A stretch of 55,161 nucleotides of DNA, the filler included, from Jimgerdemannia flammicorona (taxonomy: Eukaryota), in assembly GCA_003990765.1 (NCBI GenBank). It is 2 parts of 2 records of this genome, joined end to end, with 100 filler letters (N's around TTAATTAATTAA, not from the genome) between each part and the next. Parts side by side here need not be neighbours in the genome. Positions count along the whole stretch, not along the records: positions 27,643 to 55,161 come from RBNJ01000623.1; 1 more part is not named here. One strand, written 5' to 3'. Below the pieces are notes generated by a model, which made no database searches, had not been told where the DNA came from, and saw only the letters and a list, made by a program, of their open reading frames with translations. The position numbers and the translations under genes are program-made. Below are positions 27,543 to 40,542 of the stretch, piece by piece. Within the stretch, counting starts at the first letter, position 1. The number at the start of each line of letters is the position of its first letter.

Positions 27543-27642
27543 NNNNNNNNNNNNNNNNNNNNNNNNNNNNNNNNNNNNNNNNNNNNTTAATTAATTAANN
27601 NNNNNNNNNNNNNNNNNNNNNNNNNNNNNNNNNNNNNNNNNN
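27543..27642. other. Assembly gap: 100 nt of N containing a TTAATTAATTAA six-frame-stop linker
   Basis: Directly visible; the two sides may not be contiguous. Confidence 0.97.
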
Positions 27643-28249
27643 GCCCTGGAACTCAGTAGTTTTAGTTATTGGAATTTATATTTAGCTTTATATCTTAGCA
27701 ACCATTGAATTATATTTTGTATAAATATCTCCCTTATTTCCTCTGAAATAAAGTCAGTCAAGTTTCAGTCAAGTTCACTTACACACACTTCCTTGCAAGC
27801 CATCTAAGAGATAACAAGACAGTTAAAGATAAGAAGTTTGAGGACTATAAGACCTTGGGAAGGCACTCCAATAAGAACTTGCTTATAACAACTTGAGTTA
27901 GTCTAAGAGATATACCTTGAAGAGAATCTGGCATATTTGAAGGACTCAGCAACCACTATGTGACAGTACCTACAGTACTAGTCAGTAATATCAATACTAC
28001 CTATATAATGATTATAATCATTGATAATTTTGAGAATCTTCAACTTTGCTATATACTTCTTACTCTATATTATATGAATAATTACTTCATTAATATATAG
28101 GTCTGAGTTATCTTCATTTCCTCATCACATCTCAGTCATTACTATAAAACTAATATACTATTATCAGAAGATAGATCAGTCCATCATCAATCTAGAGAAT
28201 TGTCAGAATACCATCAATAATAATATCTGACCTAGTATTCCAATTGTAC

Positions 28250-29300
28250 TCAACCTTATACTTGTTGATATTCAACTTTTTTGAGAATTTTTTTTGATGA
28301 TATATATACTGTCCCACAGATACCAATACTCTTATCATAAAGAAAACAGAAGAGCAGAATTGATGAAAAAGTATTGTCTATATAGACTATGAATTCTTGT
28401 TATTAAAAGGGTAGTTGAAGAGTAAGGTGGATGACAGATCAGTCTGTTTCACTAATATCTATCAGGTTCCTACTCTGAAGATTAATTTTAGTATCATTGA
28501 TATATAATATCAGTATAAAAGTTCAAGTATAATCATAATCACAAAGGACAAGAATCTTAAATCTCTCAGAGGTAGACTTATCTCTAATGTGGATAGTGTG
28601 AGTATTTTTACAATAGAAGTAGATTATCTTATCAATTGAAATATTCAAACTGGGTTGGTAAACTGTCTTGGAGATATTACATATATGTGAGAGTAGAGAC
28701 TTAACTTTGATATAGTATTTGGTTTTCTAATATCCATGGTTTGAGATATGTAGAAATCTCTTAATTTGCAAAAATTAGATCAGTAGTATAAATTTCATAA
28801 TATAATAAAGTAGCCAATGGGTGTCACTGATATTTCAAAGCTATAAGAGATCACCAGCTAACTTTAAAAAGAGACTGCAATAGATGCAAATGCCAAGGAA
28901 GGTCAAGAGTTCAGAAATTATAAGATCATATCAGTGCTGACTCTTTTTACTAGCTCTTTTTGATTCAGTATATCAATTTGTATTAGTGATGATAGTCTTG
29001 AGAATCCAGTGTGAAAAAAATAAGTAAAACAGATTTACAATCTATAAGTCTTTGAGCAGTATAATATTATTAGACAACTTAAGCCTAGTGAATTGATATA
29101 GTTTTTTATATTGAAGTAGTATAAAGGCAAGTATAACCAGAAGTTCTTTAGACTTATATAGTACTAAGGCCAATATGATGAGAAGTTTTTTAGGCTTACA
29201 CAGTACCAAGGAAGATATGGCTTATTTATACTTATATAGCATAAAGGTAGATATACCTGCAGGAATATCGAGAGTAATACAGAGATACTATAGTTTGCTT
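28250..29300 (+). mobile_element. Highly decayed, possibly Ty1/Copia-like pol remnant
   Basis: Faint similarity only: IYQVP.LKINF (cf. VLYVP.L..NL), (R)LG, possible CxxC and DD.S motifs in Copia order. Confidence 0.3.
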
Positions 29301-29348
29301 AGAATCTTTATATAGAGAAAACTGGATCTCAAGAACAAAGGTTTGGCC

Positions 29349-29500
29349 ATAGAAGGACTAACAGTAGAAGAACTAGCAGTAATAGAAGAACTGACAGTAG
29401 AAGGACCAGTAGTAGAAGAACTAATAGTAGAAGAACTAATAGTAGAAAGACTGACAATAAAAGAACTAATAGTTGAAAAACTGATAGTAAAAGGACTAGT
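29349..29500. repeat. 15-bp tandem repeat (agtagaagaactaat), ~10 units
   Basis: Directly visible; explains the Leu-rich pseudo-ORF 29329-29598. Confidence 0.85.
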
Positions 29501-30156
29501 GGGCTCTGTATATAGCTGAGAGGATACAAAATGATATAATTAGACTCCCACAACTCTTCAACCATTCTAAACAATTTATAACTTACTAAATAGCTCATCT
29601 TCTTTTTTATTTTTTTTTTGAATCATGGCTCAAAATCATTATCTTTATTATCTAAATATATATATATAGCTCAAAATTATTATCAAAATTATCATCAAAG
29701 TTAGAGCAAGCCTTACTTAGTAATTTGCAAACAGAAAGAAGTAACTCAGATCTAAACTTATCTTCTGATATTAGTATAGATACAGAGATATAGATATATC
29801 AATATACCTAAAATACATTGGATTATATGATATAAAGATATATATTAGCATATATATTAGTATATATATGTAAGCGCACAACCTCCAAGCCACTGAAATT
29901 ACATGTCACCCTCTGAACAAACCACTGAAATCTCACATGACCTCCGAACAAATCTGGAAATCACCTGCTCGATCACGAAGCTGAGTCAAACCGAAGTCAC
30001 AGTGCACAAAGCTGAGTCAATATGAAGTCACGGAACACAAGATTTATACAAACGGAATCTTACCAATTAGGACCAAATGCATATATACCGAGCACTGAGA
30101 CGTGTCGAATCAGAGAACCAAAACAAACAACAACCATAACTTCCAAACATACAAAC

Positions 30157-31253
30157 ATGACCACTGAGATCTACAACCATATCCGCGCTGACATTTGGAA
30201 TGCCATTGTCAACTGAGCCACACCCCTCTGCTCCTCATGAATATCCATAGCCTGGTACCCCTCTACTTCATGGAAGCCCGATGGAATGCCCTGAACATGC
30301 TTAGCGAGGCCCACCGAATCAGACAAATCTTAAGCTACTACCAGATTGGCCGCCTCCTGGAAGACATGGTCGAACACTACCATGATACAGACATTACCCA
30401 GATGTCTCAACACCAGAAGCTCATTGCCCGCAAACATCGAGAACTCTTCTATGAGTACAACACCTTTATTCCCCGCCTCTGAGTCACTACCAGCGAAATG
30501 GTTGCTATCCTATCCTATGGCCAAATCGACAATATGATACAAGAACTCAACCACAAGTACCTCGAATACGTCCAGACCACAGACAGAACCTTCCCGCACC
30601 CTGATGACCATATCCTGCAAATGCCTCAAGTTGGATACACCATGAAGGACATCTACGATATAATCCACTTCGACGAAGATGAAGCAGAAGACAATGATCC
30701 CTCTGATGCTGACATGACCTCTAGTCAAGGATCTCTGCCAACCCTGATCACACCGCCAAACTTGCTGATGAACTTGCAACAGTTCATAACTGCATACAAG
30801 ACTTATTGGGACAATGACCACTGGCACAAATATTAACCCACATTTACCCCTGACTACTTCAACTACAATGAAGAGACCGGAGAACACAACCTGTACCTCC
30901 AGACAACCCTCGAGATTGAACCAACCACTCCACCACCTGAGTACAAGTGACACGAACCACAGCCGCCAGCTTACTACAATCCTGCAACTCATAGTGCTGT
31001 AATTTATAGAAGATATGCAGACAGTGAATCTGATGAAAGCGAAGACAATACACCCATCCTTTGCCCACCAACACCTTATCCAGCATACAAAACAGATGAT
31101 GCTATCCTGTGGGATGGAGATGAAGTCCCAATGTATTACTACCTCAGTCAACAAGGAGAAGTAATCCGCGAACCACTCTTCCTAGATGACTACTTCATCA
31201 GAGATGATGCAATCGATGGTGATGTTATCGAAGACTACCCAGATAGTGTCTAA
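30157..31253 (+). pseudogene. LTR-encoded ORF (~365 aa consensus, unknown function)
   Basis: acaaacATG start; few C->T-type stops and one 1-bp deletion; ends DYPDSV*. Confidence 0.78.
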
Positions 31254-31255
31254 AC

Positions 31256-31452
31256 CTATAAATAGTCTAGCAGTCATAGTATAGATAGATTAGCCTTGTA
31301 CGACATGACTGTGAACTGACTCAGCAGTCAGACGATCTCTTGACATATCAGATCACACTTGTACTATGTGACTGCATTCCAACTCAGCAAGGCACTTAGT
31401 GCTACATCCATATTCAGCATAGTCCAGATAGCCCCTCACTAGTATAAATACC
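31256..31452 (+). promoter_or_regulatory. Two TATA boxes (cctataaata ~31256; gtataaata ~31442), probable LTR promoter
   Basis: Canonical TATAAATA motifs just after the LTR ORF, conserved in the 3' LTR. Confidence 0.55.
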
Positions 31453-31951
31453 CCCTCCCCCAGACCTCAGAATCTCAGACTTGAACAGACTTGAACAGAC
31501 TTGAACAATCTGAACACAACTCCTGAATACTTCCCCACAATACCCCTTCACACAAATACTCCTAGTATAGCAATATCATGAATAGCAAATAAACCTATTC
31601 CATAACCCACAAACCACTCTTAAGTAAATCCACTTTCTGTTAGGTCCTACTCCTAACCCCATCACGAAATTTCCAAATTGGGTATTGTCTGCAGCGATAT
31701 GCCAATTCAACTGAGCTGGTCTTAGTTTCTTGAACTTCCTGAAATATGGAAAATCCTGAACATCCAGAACTAGTCTGAAAAAGGACTTTGGTTGAGATGT
31801 CAACCTGATCTTGAAATCAATAAGCATAGAGGACATACTCCATACGAAATTGATCTTGACCATAAGAAAACAGTCTTCCAGAACATCCAGAATATCCAGA
31901 AAACCTTCTAGAACTACGTAACAGTCACCTTAAAAAGTAACCCTCTCACAA

Positions 31952-34900
31952 CTTGGTAGCAGCGGTTTACAATCCAATTCCGCTTCAAGACACTTCCTCA
32001 CCCCGCTACAAACCCTTCTGCAAATTTCTACAAGTTGGTATAAAGCCCAACCTCTGAACTGGAATTTATCTGAACCATCTGACAATCTGGAGAGAATTGA
32101 ACCTGACGTATAAGGATAATTTGACCTCCATACCTGCAACAAGTGGGATAAACTTCATTCAAAGAAAGAAGTACTCAGGTTAAACCAGCAGATAGGCGAA
32201 ACCCTATTCACCAAACTCCTTGCACTACACCCAGTAAGTCAAGACGAAGAAGGTCTTATTGAAGCCTTCTTTACCCTTCTCAACAAGAGTTTTGTTAGCT
32301 CCACAAATCCAAGTGACCTAGGACAACCAGCAGCAGTCTTTCTAGCCTTAGTTCCTCACGAAGCCCAAGCCTCTGTAGCCAAGTGGCTCAACTCTACTGA
32401 CTTTCACCACACCAGGACCAAGACTGCCTTATACTACCAATTCCAGAACAGCAAGGCCCGCCATATCCTCAAAGAAGAAGCAAGAGAAACCCTTCATCAA
32501 CTACCTGACCCCGAACCTGAAGCAGGCCCTGCTACAGCCCTATCTGAATCTGAAACCAATACCGAACCTGAACTTGACTTTGAATTAAGTCCATCCGAAA
32601 TCAGATATACAACTGATTCTATCTATTTTGACGCCGAGCAAACCCAATTACACGGGGACCAAACCGAAGAAGAGGAGGAGTATCTCACCGAATTCGATCC
32701 CAGATACACCACTGAAGGAGACACACATCCATTAGGACAGAATACACCTACACAGCAACATACAGCTATCTATCAAGCCCTCACTCCAGATCCACAACTA
32801 CTACTCCAGCAACTTACACAGACCCAAAGAACCCCATCATACTCTGCACCAGTACCTCAAGTAGTACCAGTAACACCACTACCAGTAGTCCAACCATCTC
32901 CAGCAATCAACATGGTGAACCAACAGATTCTAGACCTCACAGCCCAGGTAGCTATAATGGCAGCAACCATTACTGCCTTAGCCGAACAGACCTGACCTAC
33001 CAAAAATCTGAGCCTACCTACCTTCAATGATACTGCACAAGAAGTCCAAAGCTTCATTAGTATAGTTGACACTAACTTCGAAGCCAATCAATGGACCAAT
33101 GAGTGAGTTGCTGACCACGTTCTGACAAACAATCAAGACCACACTCTGGAACAACTCTTTGCTACAACTACAGCCTATGTCTGCCAAGTTGTTACATTCT
33201 TCCAAGGACCTGTTGAAGAATGGTGACAAACCCTTCCTGAAAAACCCCTCACATGGGATACCCGACCTGCAGTAGTTGCTCAGAATGCAGCAAACAATGC
33301 CCCAGGATACGGAGCCCATCCTGCAGCCCCTGGACTCAAACAACTCATGATTGCTCAATACTGCAGTGAAACCATGATTGCTGAATCTCAAGTAAAACTC
33401 TGCAACCTCAAATTTGATATACATGGCAAAGAAGAATTCGAAACCTTCTGTACAAAACTTGAGTCACTTCTGAATACTGTTGGTCTAGGATACATTGCCA
33501 ATGATGAAGCATGAAATGGTACAAGAGCAGACCATTTATTTGATGCCCTGCCTGAATGGCTTACTAGAAAAATCTGAGAACAAGACCACCCAGTTGGTTG
33601 TGATCACCAATAATGGTGCCTGGCAAGAATCAAGACCATGGTCAAGTGAATCCTAACAGCTGGACCAATTCTGCCCCAAAGGCAATTCAACAACAAGAAA
33701 AAGACTTGGACCAAGAAAGAAGAACCCAAGCATGAAGTATCTCAAGCTCCCTCCACATCTACCTCTTGGACACCCAGAAATCCTGAACCCACCCAGCTCA
33801 GTACCTTTAAGAAACTTACTAAAGGTGAAAGGAATGAACTTTGAAGAAGTAGAGCATGTTTCTATTACCAAAAGACAGGACACATGGCCAATGCCTGCCC
33901 TAACCGAAAACCCCAAACAGCAACACGAGCAACTGTTACCACTCTTCACCACCTCAACAACCTGACCACCAGAACACTAGACTTTATCAAGTTAAGACAA
34001 ACTGCTAAGGCCCCAACCAAAGGAAGTCAAAAAGCAGCCGGATATGACCTGTATACTGCTGAAGAAGCTACAGTCTCTAACCGAGAAGTCAAACAAGTCT
34101 ATATAGGAATCAGTATCCAAATCCCTGAAGGACATGTTGGAAGAATATGCTATTGCAGCAGCCTAGTACTGAAAGGACTCTCAGTAGAAGGAGGAGTCAT
34201 TGACGAAGATTATACAGGCGAAATCATTGTCCTCATTTGAAACCACAGTTGGACACCCTTCAAGATCCCTATTGGCTTCTGCATTGCCCAGATCCTATTC
34301 GAAAAAATCGAGTCAACCCTGACAGTCAAGGAAGTCCCTGAACTACTGCCTACCATCTGAGGATCTAAAGGATTTGGCTCATCAAACAAGGCCCCAGCCC
34401 AACCTACCATAAGTAAAGAAGAACAATTCTACAAGAAGATAGAAGATGGATATGTACCAAGTGGCTGATGCCCTCACAGTATTGGAATGTACTCTTCCCA
34501 AATGATTGATGATTGCTTCTCTTGTGTCAACGAATTGGCTCAAAGAAGAACCAACAGAAGGAAAGCTCCTACAACTGAAATCACTACCATTGGATCAGAC
34601 AAACTGCTCCCCCTTAAGGCTTTTGTCAATGGAGCACCTGTCAAGATTATGATAGACAGTGGTGTCTCAGGCAACTTCATCAATGAGGAAATAGCCAACA
34701 GACTCAAGGTCTTCACCTCCCCAGTACAGCAAACTCAAGCAGTTGCTACAGCTGATGGAACCTCACATGTTATTAGCAAAGAAGTCCTTCCAAATTGGCG
34801 ACTACCGAGTACATGTTATCCTCCAAATCGTACCACTTTCTGACAATGAAATCATCCTTGGGACTCCATGGTTAAAACAAGAGAACCCTATAATTGATTG

Positions 34901-37900
34901 GGTAAACCATTCCCTGACCATTAAGAAAGAATGCCACAACTTCAAACTATAAGGTGAAAAGGACCCACTCAACTCTAGGGACCCTGGACCAAAGATCACC
35001 CACATCAACAAGCTACAACTCTAGAAATTGGCCAAGAAATACCCTCTCTTCGCTATCTCCATCCGACCATCCAAAGGAGAACCCGAGAACTCTGAAGAAG
35101 ATTTTTCCAAAGTTGACAACCATGTCAGACCACTACTCCAGAAATTCCGAGACATATTCCCAAAGAAGCTCCTGAAAGGCCTACCTCCCAAACAAGCAGT
35201 AGACTATGCAATCAAGACTATCCCAGATGCCAAACCAGCCTTCAAGTCAATCTACCACATGTCTCTGAGAGAAATTGATGCACTCAAAAAGGAAATCGAT
35301 GAACTCCTAGAACAAGGATTCATAAGACCCAGCATATCACCCTATGGTGCACCAGTCCTCTTTATTGTCAAGAAAGGAGGAGACCTATGAATGTACATTG
35401 ACTACCGTGATCTCAATGAATAGACCATCAAGAACTGTTGCCCACTACTGAGGATTGATGAAATATTTGATAGGCTCACCAACCTACAATTCATGAGCTC
35501 TTTTGACCTGTGAAATAGTTACTAGCAAATTGCCATGAAAGAAGAAGACATCTACAAGACAGCTTTCCGAACTCGCTATGGACACTTCGAGTTCCTGGTT
35601 ATGCCCTTTGGCTTAACTAATGCTCCGGCAACCTTCCAGACACTGATGAATACCATTCTGCATCTATACTTGGACAAATTCATTGTTGTCTACATTGACA
35701 ACATCCTAGTCTTCAGCAAAACCCTGGAGGAACATCTTGAACACCTTGAACTAGTACTACTGAAACTCCGAGAAAACAGACTCTTTGCAAAACTCAGCAA
35801 GTGCAAATTTCTTCTGAAAGAAATTCAATTCCTTGGACACATTGTCACTCCAAATGGAATCAAAGTGGACCCTAGCAAAATCTCTGCAATCAAAGATTGG
35901 CCCAGACCAAAGAAGCTGAAAGACCTCCAGTCATTTCTGGGATTAGCAAACTATTACAGGTGATTCGTTGCCAACTTTGCTAAAATCACTACTGCCCTCA
36001 CCCAAATGACCAAGCACAGCAAGAAACAAGAACAACCTTGGACCATGAAACAAGAGAAAGACTTCAACAATCTTGTAAATTGGGGACCTGAGTAAGATAC
36101 CGCCTTTCAGGCACTGAAAGATGCCCTGATAACCACTCCAGTACTTCAAGTGACAAACTCTGCCCTACCATATAAAGTCACTACTGATGCCTCTGACCTA
36201 GCTCTTGGAGCAGTGCTCATGCAAGAAGGACACCCTGTAGCCTATCACTCCTGCAAGTTCAATGATGCCGAAATCAACTATGCAACTCATGAGAAGGAAA
36301 TGCTAGCCATCGTAGACACTCTGATCAAATGGCGACCATACCTAGAAGGAGCACACTTTATGGTATTGACTGACCACAAGTCATTAGTTAACATCAAGAC
36401 ACAGGCTACCCTTTCTCAAAAGCAAGCTAGATGGATGAAAGTCCTTACCAACTTTGACTATGAAATCCAGTACCACCCTGGCAAGGAAAATATTGTTGCC
36501 GATGCAATCTCCAGACCACCAATCGAAGAGGTTATCCAAACTCTGACCTTGGTTACCAACACTATCATGGAACAAATCATCGCAGCATGTGTTGATGATA
36601 AAGAAGCTCAAGCACTCCGAGAAATCCTGAACAATGATGAGACTAACAAGCATACCCAGTACAATCAATACCAACTCAAGGACAATGCTATCTACTACAA
36701 GGACAGATTGTATGTTCCAAACAATCAAGACCTCTGAAGGACTATCCTATTCGAATGTCATGATGCCCCTACAGCTGGACATTTAGGATTTGATAAATGT
36801 TACGAAGTTATCTCCCAAAACTTCTATTGGCCCTGCATGGCAGATCAGCTCAAAACCTACATCACTTCCTATGATGCCTATCAACGAAACAAGTCCTCAA
36901 CACTAGCAAAACCTGGCTTACTTCACCCTATCCCAGTACCATCCACAAATTGGGAACAAATCTCTATGGACTTCATTGTACAACTACCCTGAACCAAGAA
37001 TGGAAAAGATGCAATTGTTGTCTTTGTAGACTATCTCAGCAAACAAGCCCACTTTGTGCCTACTACCACTACTGCAACAGCACCAGACATAGCTACACTC
37101 TTGTTTGACAATATCTTCCACTATCATGGTCTTCCTAAGATCATTGATAGTGACCGAGATCCGAAATTCACCAGCCACTTTTGGAAAGCCCTCCATGCAC
37201 ACCTTGGAACAAAACTTGCACTATCCACAGCCTTTCACCCTGAAACTGATGGCCAAACCAAAAGAATGAACCGAACTCTGGAATAAATGCTAAGGAACTA
37301 TGTCTCCTATAGACAAGATGATTGGTATGAACATCTCACTGCAGTCGAGTTTACCTATAACAACAGCAAGCAAGCCTCTCTTGGAATGACCCCATTCTTC
37401 GCCAATACTGGACAAAACCCAAACACCCCTTTGACACTTATCTGAACTACCGATGAACCCTCCACAGTCGAAGCTGTTGAAGAATTCCTACTCCGAATGC
37501 GTAATCTAAGCCAGATCGCAATTGAGAATTTATTGCAAGCTCAAGAACAACAGTCACAGTATATTAACCAATACTGCTAAGAAGAAACTTTTGATATTGG
37601 AGAAAAAGTCCTACTAGACATCAGAGGATACCGAGTGGACAACCTCAAGCACAGACCATCTACAAAGCTGAACAGCAAGTTCATTGGACCATTTGAAGTC
37701 ATCTCACAAGTCTCTCTGACCTCCTACAAACTGGTGCTACCAGACACCATTAAGATTCACCCAGTCTTTAATGTTCAACATCTCAAGCAATACAATGACA
37801 ATGATGACAAGCTATTTCCAAATCGAACCACCAAACCACCTGCACCTGTCATTATTAATAACCAAGAAGAGTATGAAGTTGAACAAATCCTCAACAAACG

Positions 37901-38033
37901 TGGCAATAAGAACTATCCTGAGTACCTTGTCAAATGGAAAGGTTACCTGACCCATGATGTAACCTAGGAACCCAAGACCAATCTTCAGAATGCTACTGAT
38001 CTAGTTCAGGAATATGATTCCTTGAACAACTAG
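31952..38033 (+). pseudogene. Gag extension-Gag-dUTPase-PR-RT-RH-IN-chromodomain polyprotein, copy B
   Basis: Gag ATG 32912; [61 protein letters not shown]...YLVKWKGY. Confidence 0.95.
31954..31965 (+). promoter_or_regulatory. Primer-binding site TGGTAGCAGCGG (probably initiator tRNA-Met)
   Basis: TGG start 3 nt after the LTR; resembles iMet-type PBS. Confidence 0.75.
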
Positions 38034-38445
38034 AACCAAATATACTGCACCTATCTGTACATACTATATATTATCCTCCTGAACATTATAATTATCACGA
38101 ACCAAATCAAGAACTCAGCAAAACAAGACAAGAATACCGACCCTCTGGGAAAAATAGCAAAATTGAAAGCAAGCCTATTCTCCCTGTATCACTGGTGGGA
38201 AACAAGGCATAGATATTTAAGAAGATTCCTTAGAGGAAATTCTCCAGCAGTGAATGACGTCAGAATCACTTCTGGCGCATGGCATTGAACACATGACCCT
38301 TTAACGTGTGAATCCAACGCATTAAGCAACTGTACTATGAGCATGCCACTTTCTGAAAAAATGGACCTTACCAGACTTTTGACCTCCCAAATGGTGTAAC
38401 AACACTAGAACAAATTAGAAGGTCCTGACAAGGATGTCGAAAGCT

Positions 38446-38459
38446 AAGAAGGGGAGAGT
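38446..38459 (+). promoter_or_regulatory. Polypurine tract aagaaggggagag
   Basis: Immediately precedes the 3' LTR. Confidence 0.9.
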
Positions 38460-40542
38460 TGTAAGTGCACAACCTCCAAGCCACTGAAATTACATGTCAC
38501 CCTCTGAACAAACCACTGAAATCTCACATGACCTCTGAACAAATCTGGAAATCACCTGCTCGATCATGAAGCTGAGTCAAACCGAAGTCACAGCACACAA
38601 AGCTGAGTCAATATGAAGTCACGGAACACAAGATTTACACAAATGAAATCTTATTAATCAGGACCAAATGCATATATACCGAGCACCGAGACGCGTCGAA
38701 TCAGAGAACCAAAACAAACAATAACCACAACTTCCAAACACACAAACATGACCACTGAGATCTACAACTGTATCTATGCTGACATTTGGAATGCTATTGT
38801 CAACCGAGCCACACCCCCTCTGCCCCTCATAAATATCCATAGCCTGGCACCCCTCTACTTCATAGAAGCCTGATGGAATGCCCTGAACATGCTTAGCGAG
38901 GCCCACTAAATTGGACAAATCTCAAGCTACTACCAGATTGGCCGCCTCCTGGAAGACATGGTCGAACACCACCATGATACAGACATTACCCAGATGTCTC
39001 AACACTAGAAGCTCATCACCCGCAAACATCGAGAACTCTTCTATGAGTACAACACCTTTATTCCCCACCTCCAAGTCACTACCAGCGAAATGGTTGCTAC
39101 CCTGTCCTACAGCCAAATTGACGACATGATACAAGAACTCAACCACAAGTATCTTGAATACGTCCAGACTACAGACAGAACCTTCCCGCACCCTGATGAC
39201 CATATTCTGCAAATGCCTCAAGTTGGATACGCCATGAAGGACGTCTACGATATAATCCACTTCGATGAAGATGAAGCAGAAGACAATGATCCCTCTGACA
39301 CCAACATGACCTCTAGCCAAGAATCTCTGCCAACCCTGATCATACCGCCAAACTTACTGATGAACTTGCAACAGTTCATAACTGCATATGAGACTTATTG
39401 GGACAATGACCACTAGTATGAATACCAACCCACATTCACCCCCGACTACTTCAACTACAATGAAGAGACCGGAGAACACAACCTGTACCTCCAGACAACC
39501 CTCGAGATTGAACCAACCACTCCACTACCTGAGTACGAGTGACATGAACCACAGCCACCAGCTTACTACAATCCTGCAACTCATAGTACTGTAACCTATA
39601 GAAGATACGCAGATAGTGAATCTGATGAAAGCAAAGACAATACACCCATCCTTCACCCACCAACATCTTATCTAGTATACGAAACAGATGATGCTATCCT
39701 GTGGGATGGAGATGAAGTCCCAATGTATTACTACCTCAGCCAACAAGGAGAAGTAATCTGCGAACCACTCTTCCTAGATAACTACTTCATCAGAGATGAT
39801 GCAATTGATGGTGATGTTATCGAAGACTACCCAGATAGTGCCTAAACCTATAAATAGTCTAGCAGTCATAGTATAGATAGATTAGCCTTGTATGACATGA
39901 CTGTGAACTGACTCAGCAGTCAGACAATCTCTTGACATGTCAGATCACACTTGTACTACATGACTGCATTCCGACTCAGCAAGACACTTAGTGCTACATC
40001 CATATTTAGCATAGTCCAGATAGTCCCTCACTAGTATAAATACCCCCTCCCCCAGACCTCAGAATCTCAGACTTGAATAGACTTGAACAGACTTGAACAA
40101 TCCGAACACAACTCCTGAATACTTCTCCACAATACCCCTTTACACAAATACTCCTAGTATAGCAATATCATGAATAGCAAATAAACCTATTCCATAACCC
40201 ACAAACTACTCTTAAGTAAATCCACTCTCTGTTAGGTCCTACTCCTAACTCCATCACGAAATTTCCAAATTGGGTATTGTCTACAGCAATATGCCAATTC
40301 AACTGAGCTGGTCTTAGTTTCTTGAACTTCCTGAAATATGGAAAATCCTGAACATCCAGAACTAGTCCGAAAAAGGACTTTGGTTGAGACATCAACCTGA
40401 TCTTGAAATCAATAAGCATAGAGGATGTACTCCATATGAAATTGATCTTGACCATAAGAAAACAGTCTTCCAGAACATCCAGAATATCCAGAAAACCTTC
40501 CAGAACTATGTAACGGTCACCCTAAAAAGTAACCCTCTCACA
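38460..40542 (+). repeat. 3' LTR (2083 bp)
   Basis: TGTAAG...CTCACA. Confidence 0.95.
38748..39845 (+). pseudogene. LTR-encoded ORF, 3' LTR copy (366 codons, no frameshift)
   Basis: ATG to TAA span 1098 nt; internal stops mostly correspond to sense codons in other copies. Confidence 0.78.

Larger units (their letters stand above)
29869..31950 (+). repeat. 5' LTR (2082 bp)
   Basis: TGTAAG...CTCACA; direct repeat of 38460-40542. Confidence 0.95.
29869..40542 (+). mobile_element. Full-length chromovirus-type Ty3/Gypsy copy B with ~2.08-kb direct LTRs, dUTPase and chromodomain
   Basis: LTRs 29869-31950 and 38460-40542 (TG..CA), PBS, PPT, complete domain order; flanked by TATA in a TA run. Confidence 0.96.

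Noticed and set aside
27587..27598. TTAATTAATTAA island inside Ns
   Set aside because: Artificial contig-joining linker, not biology; no linkage across the gap is assumed
29329..29598. Leu-rich membrane protein ORF
   Set aside because: Produced by a 15-bp tandem repeat
34948..34953. TAA between PR and RT shared by both copies (also ~19372) as programmed readthrough
   Set aside because: Parallel or inherited CAA->TAA decay is simpler; several other stops are also shared; needs a consensus
38034..38459. Possible env-like ORF between pol and the 3' LTR
   Set aside because: The frame I could follow to the LTR has about seven stops in ~150 codons, near random, and there is only one copy to compare
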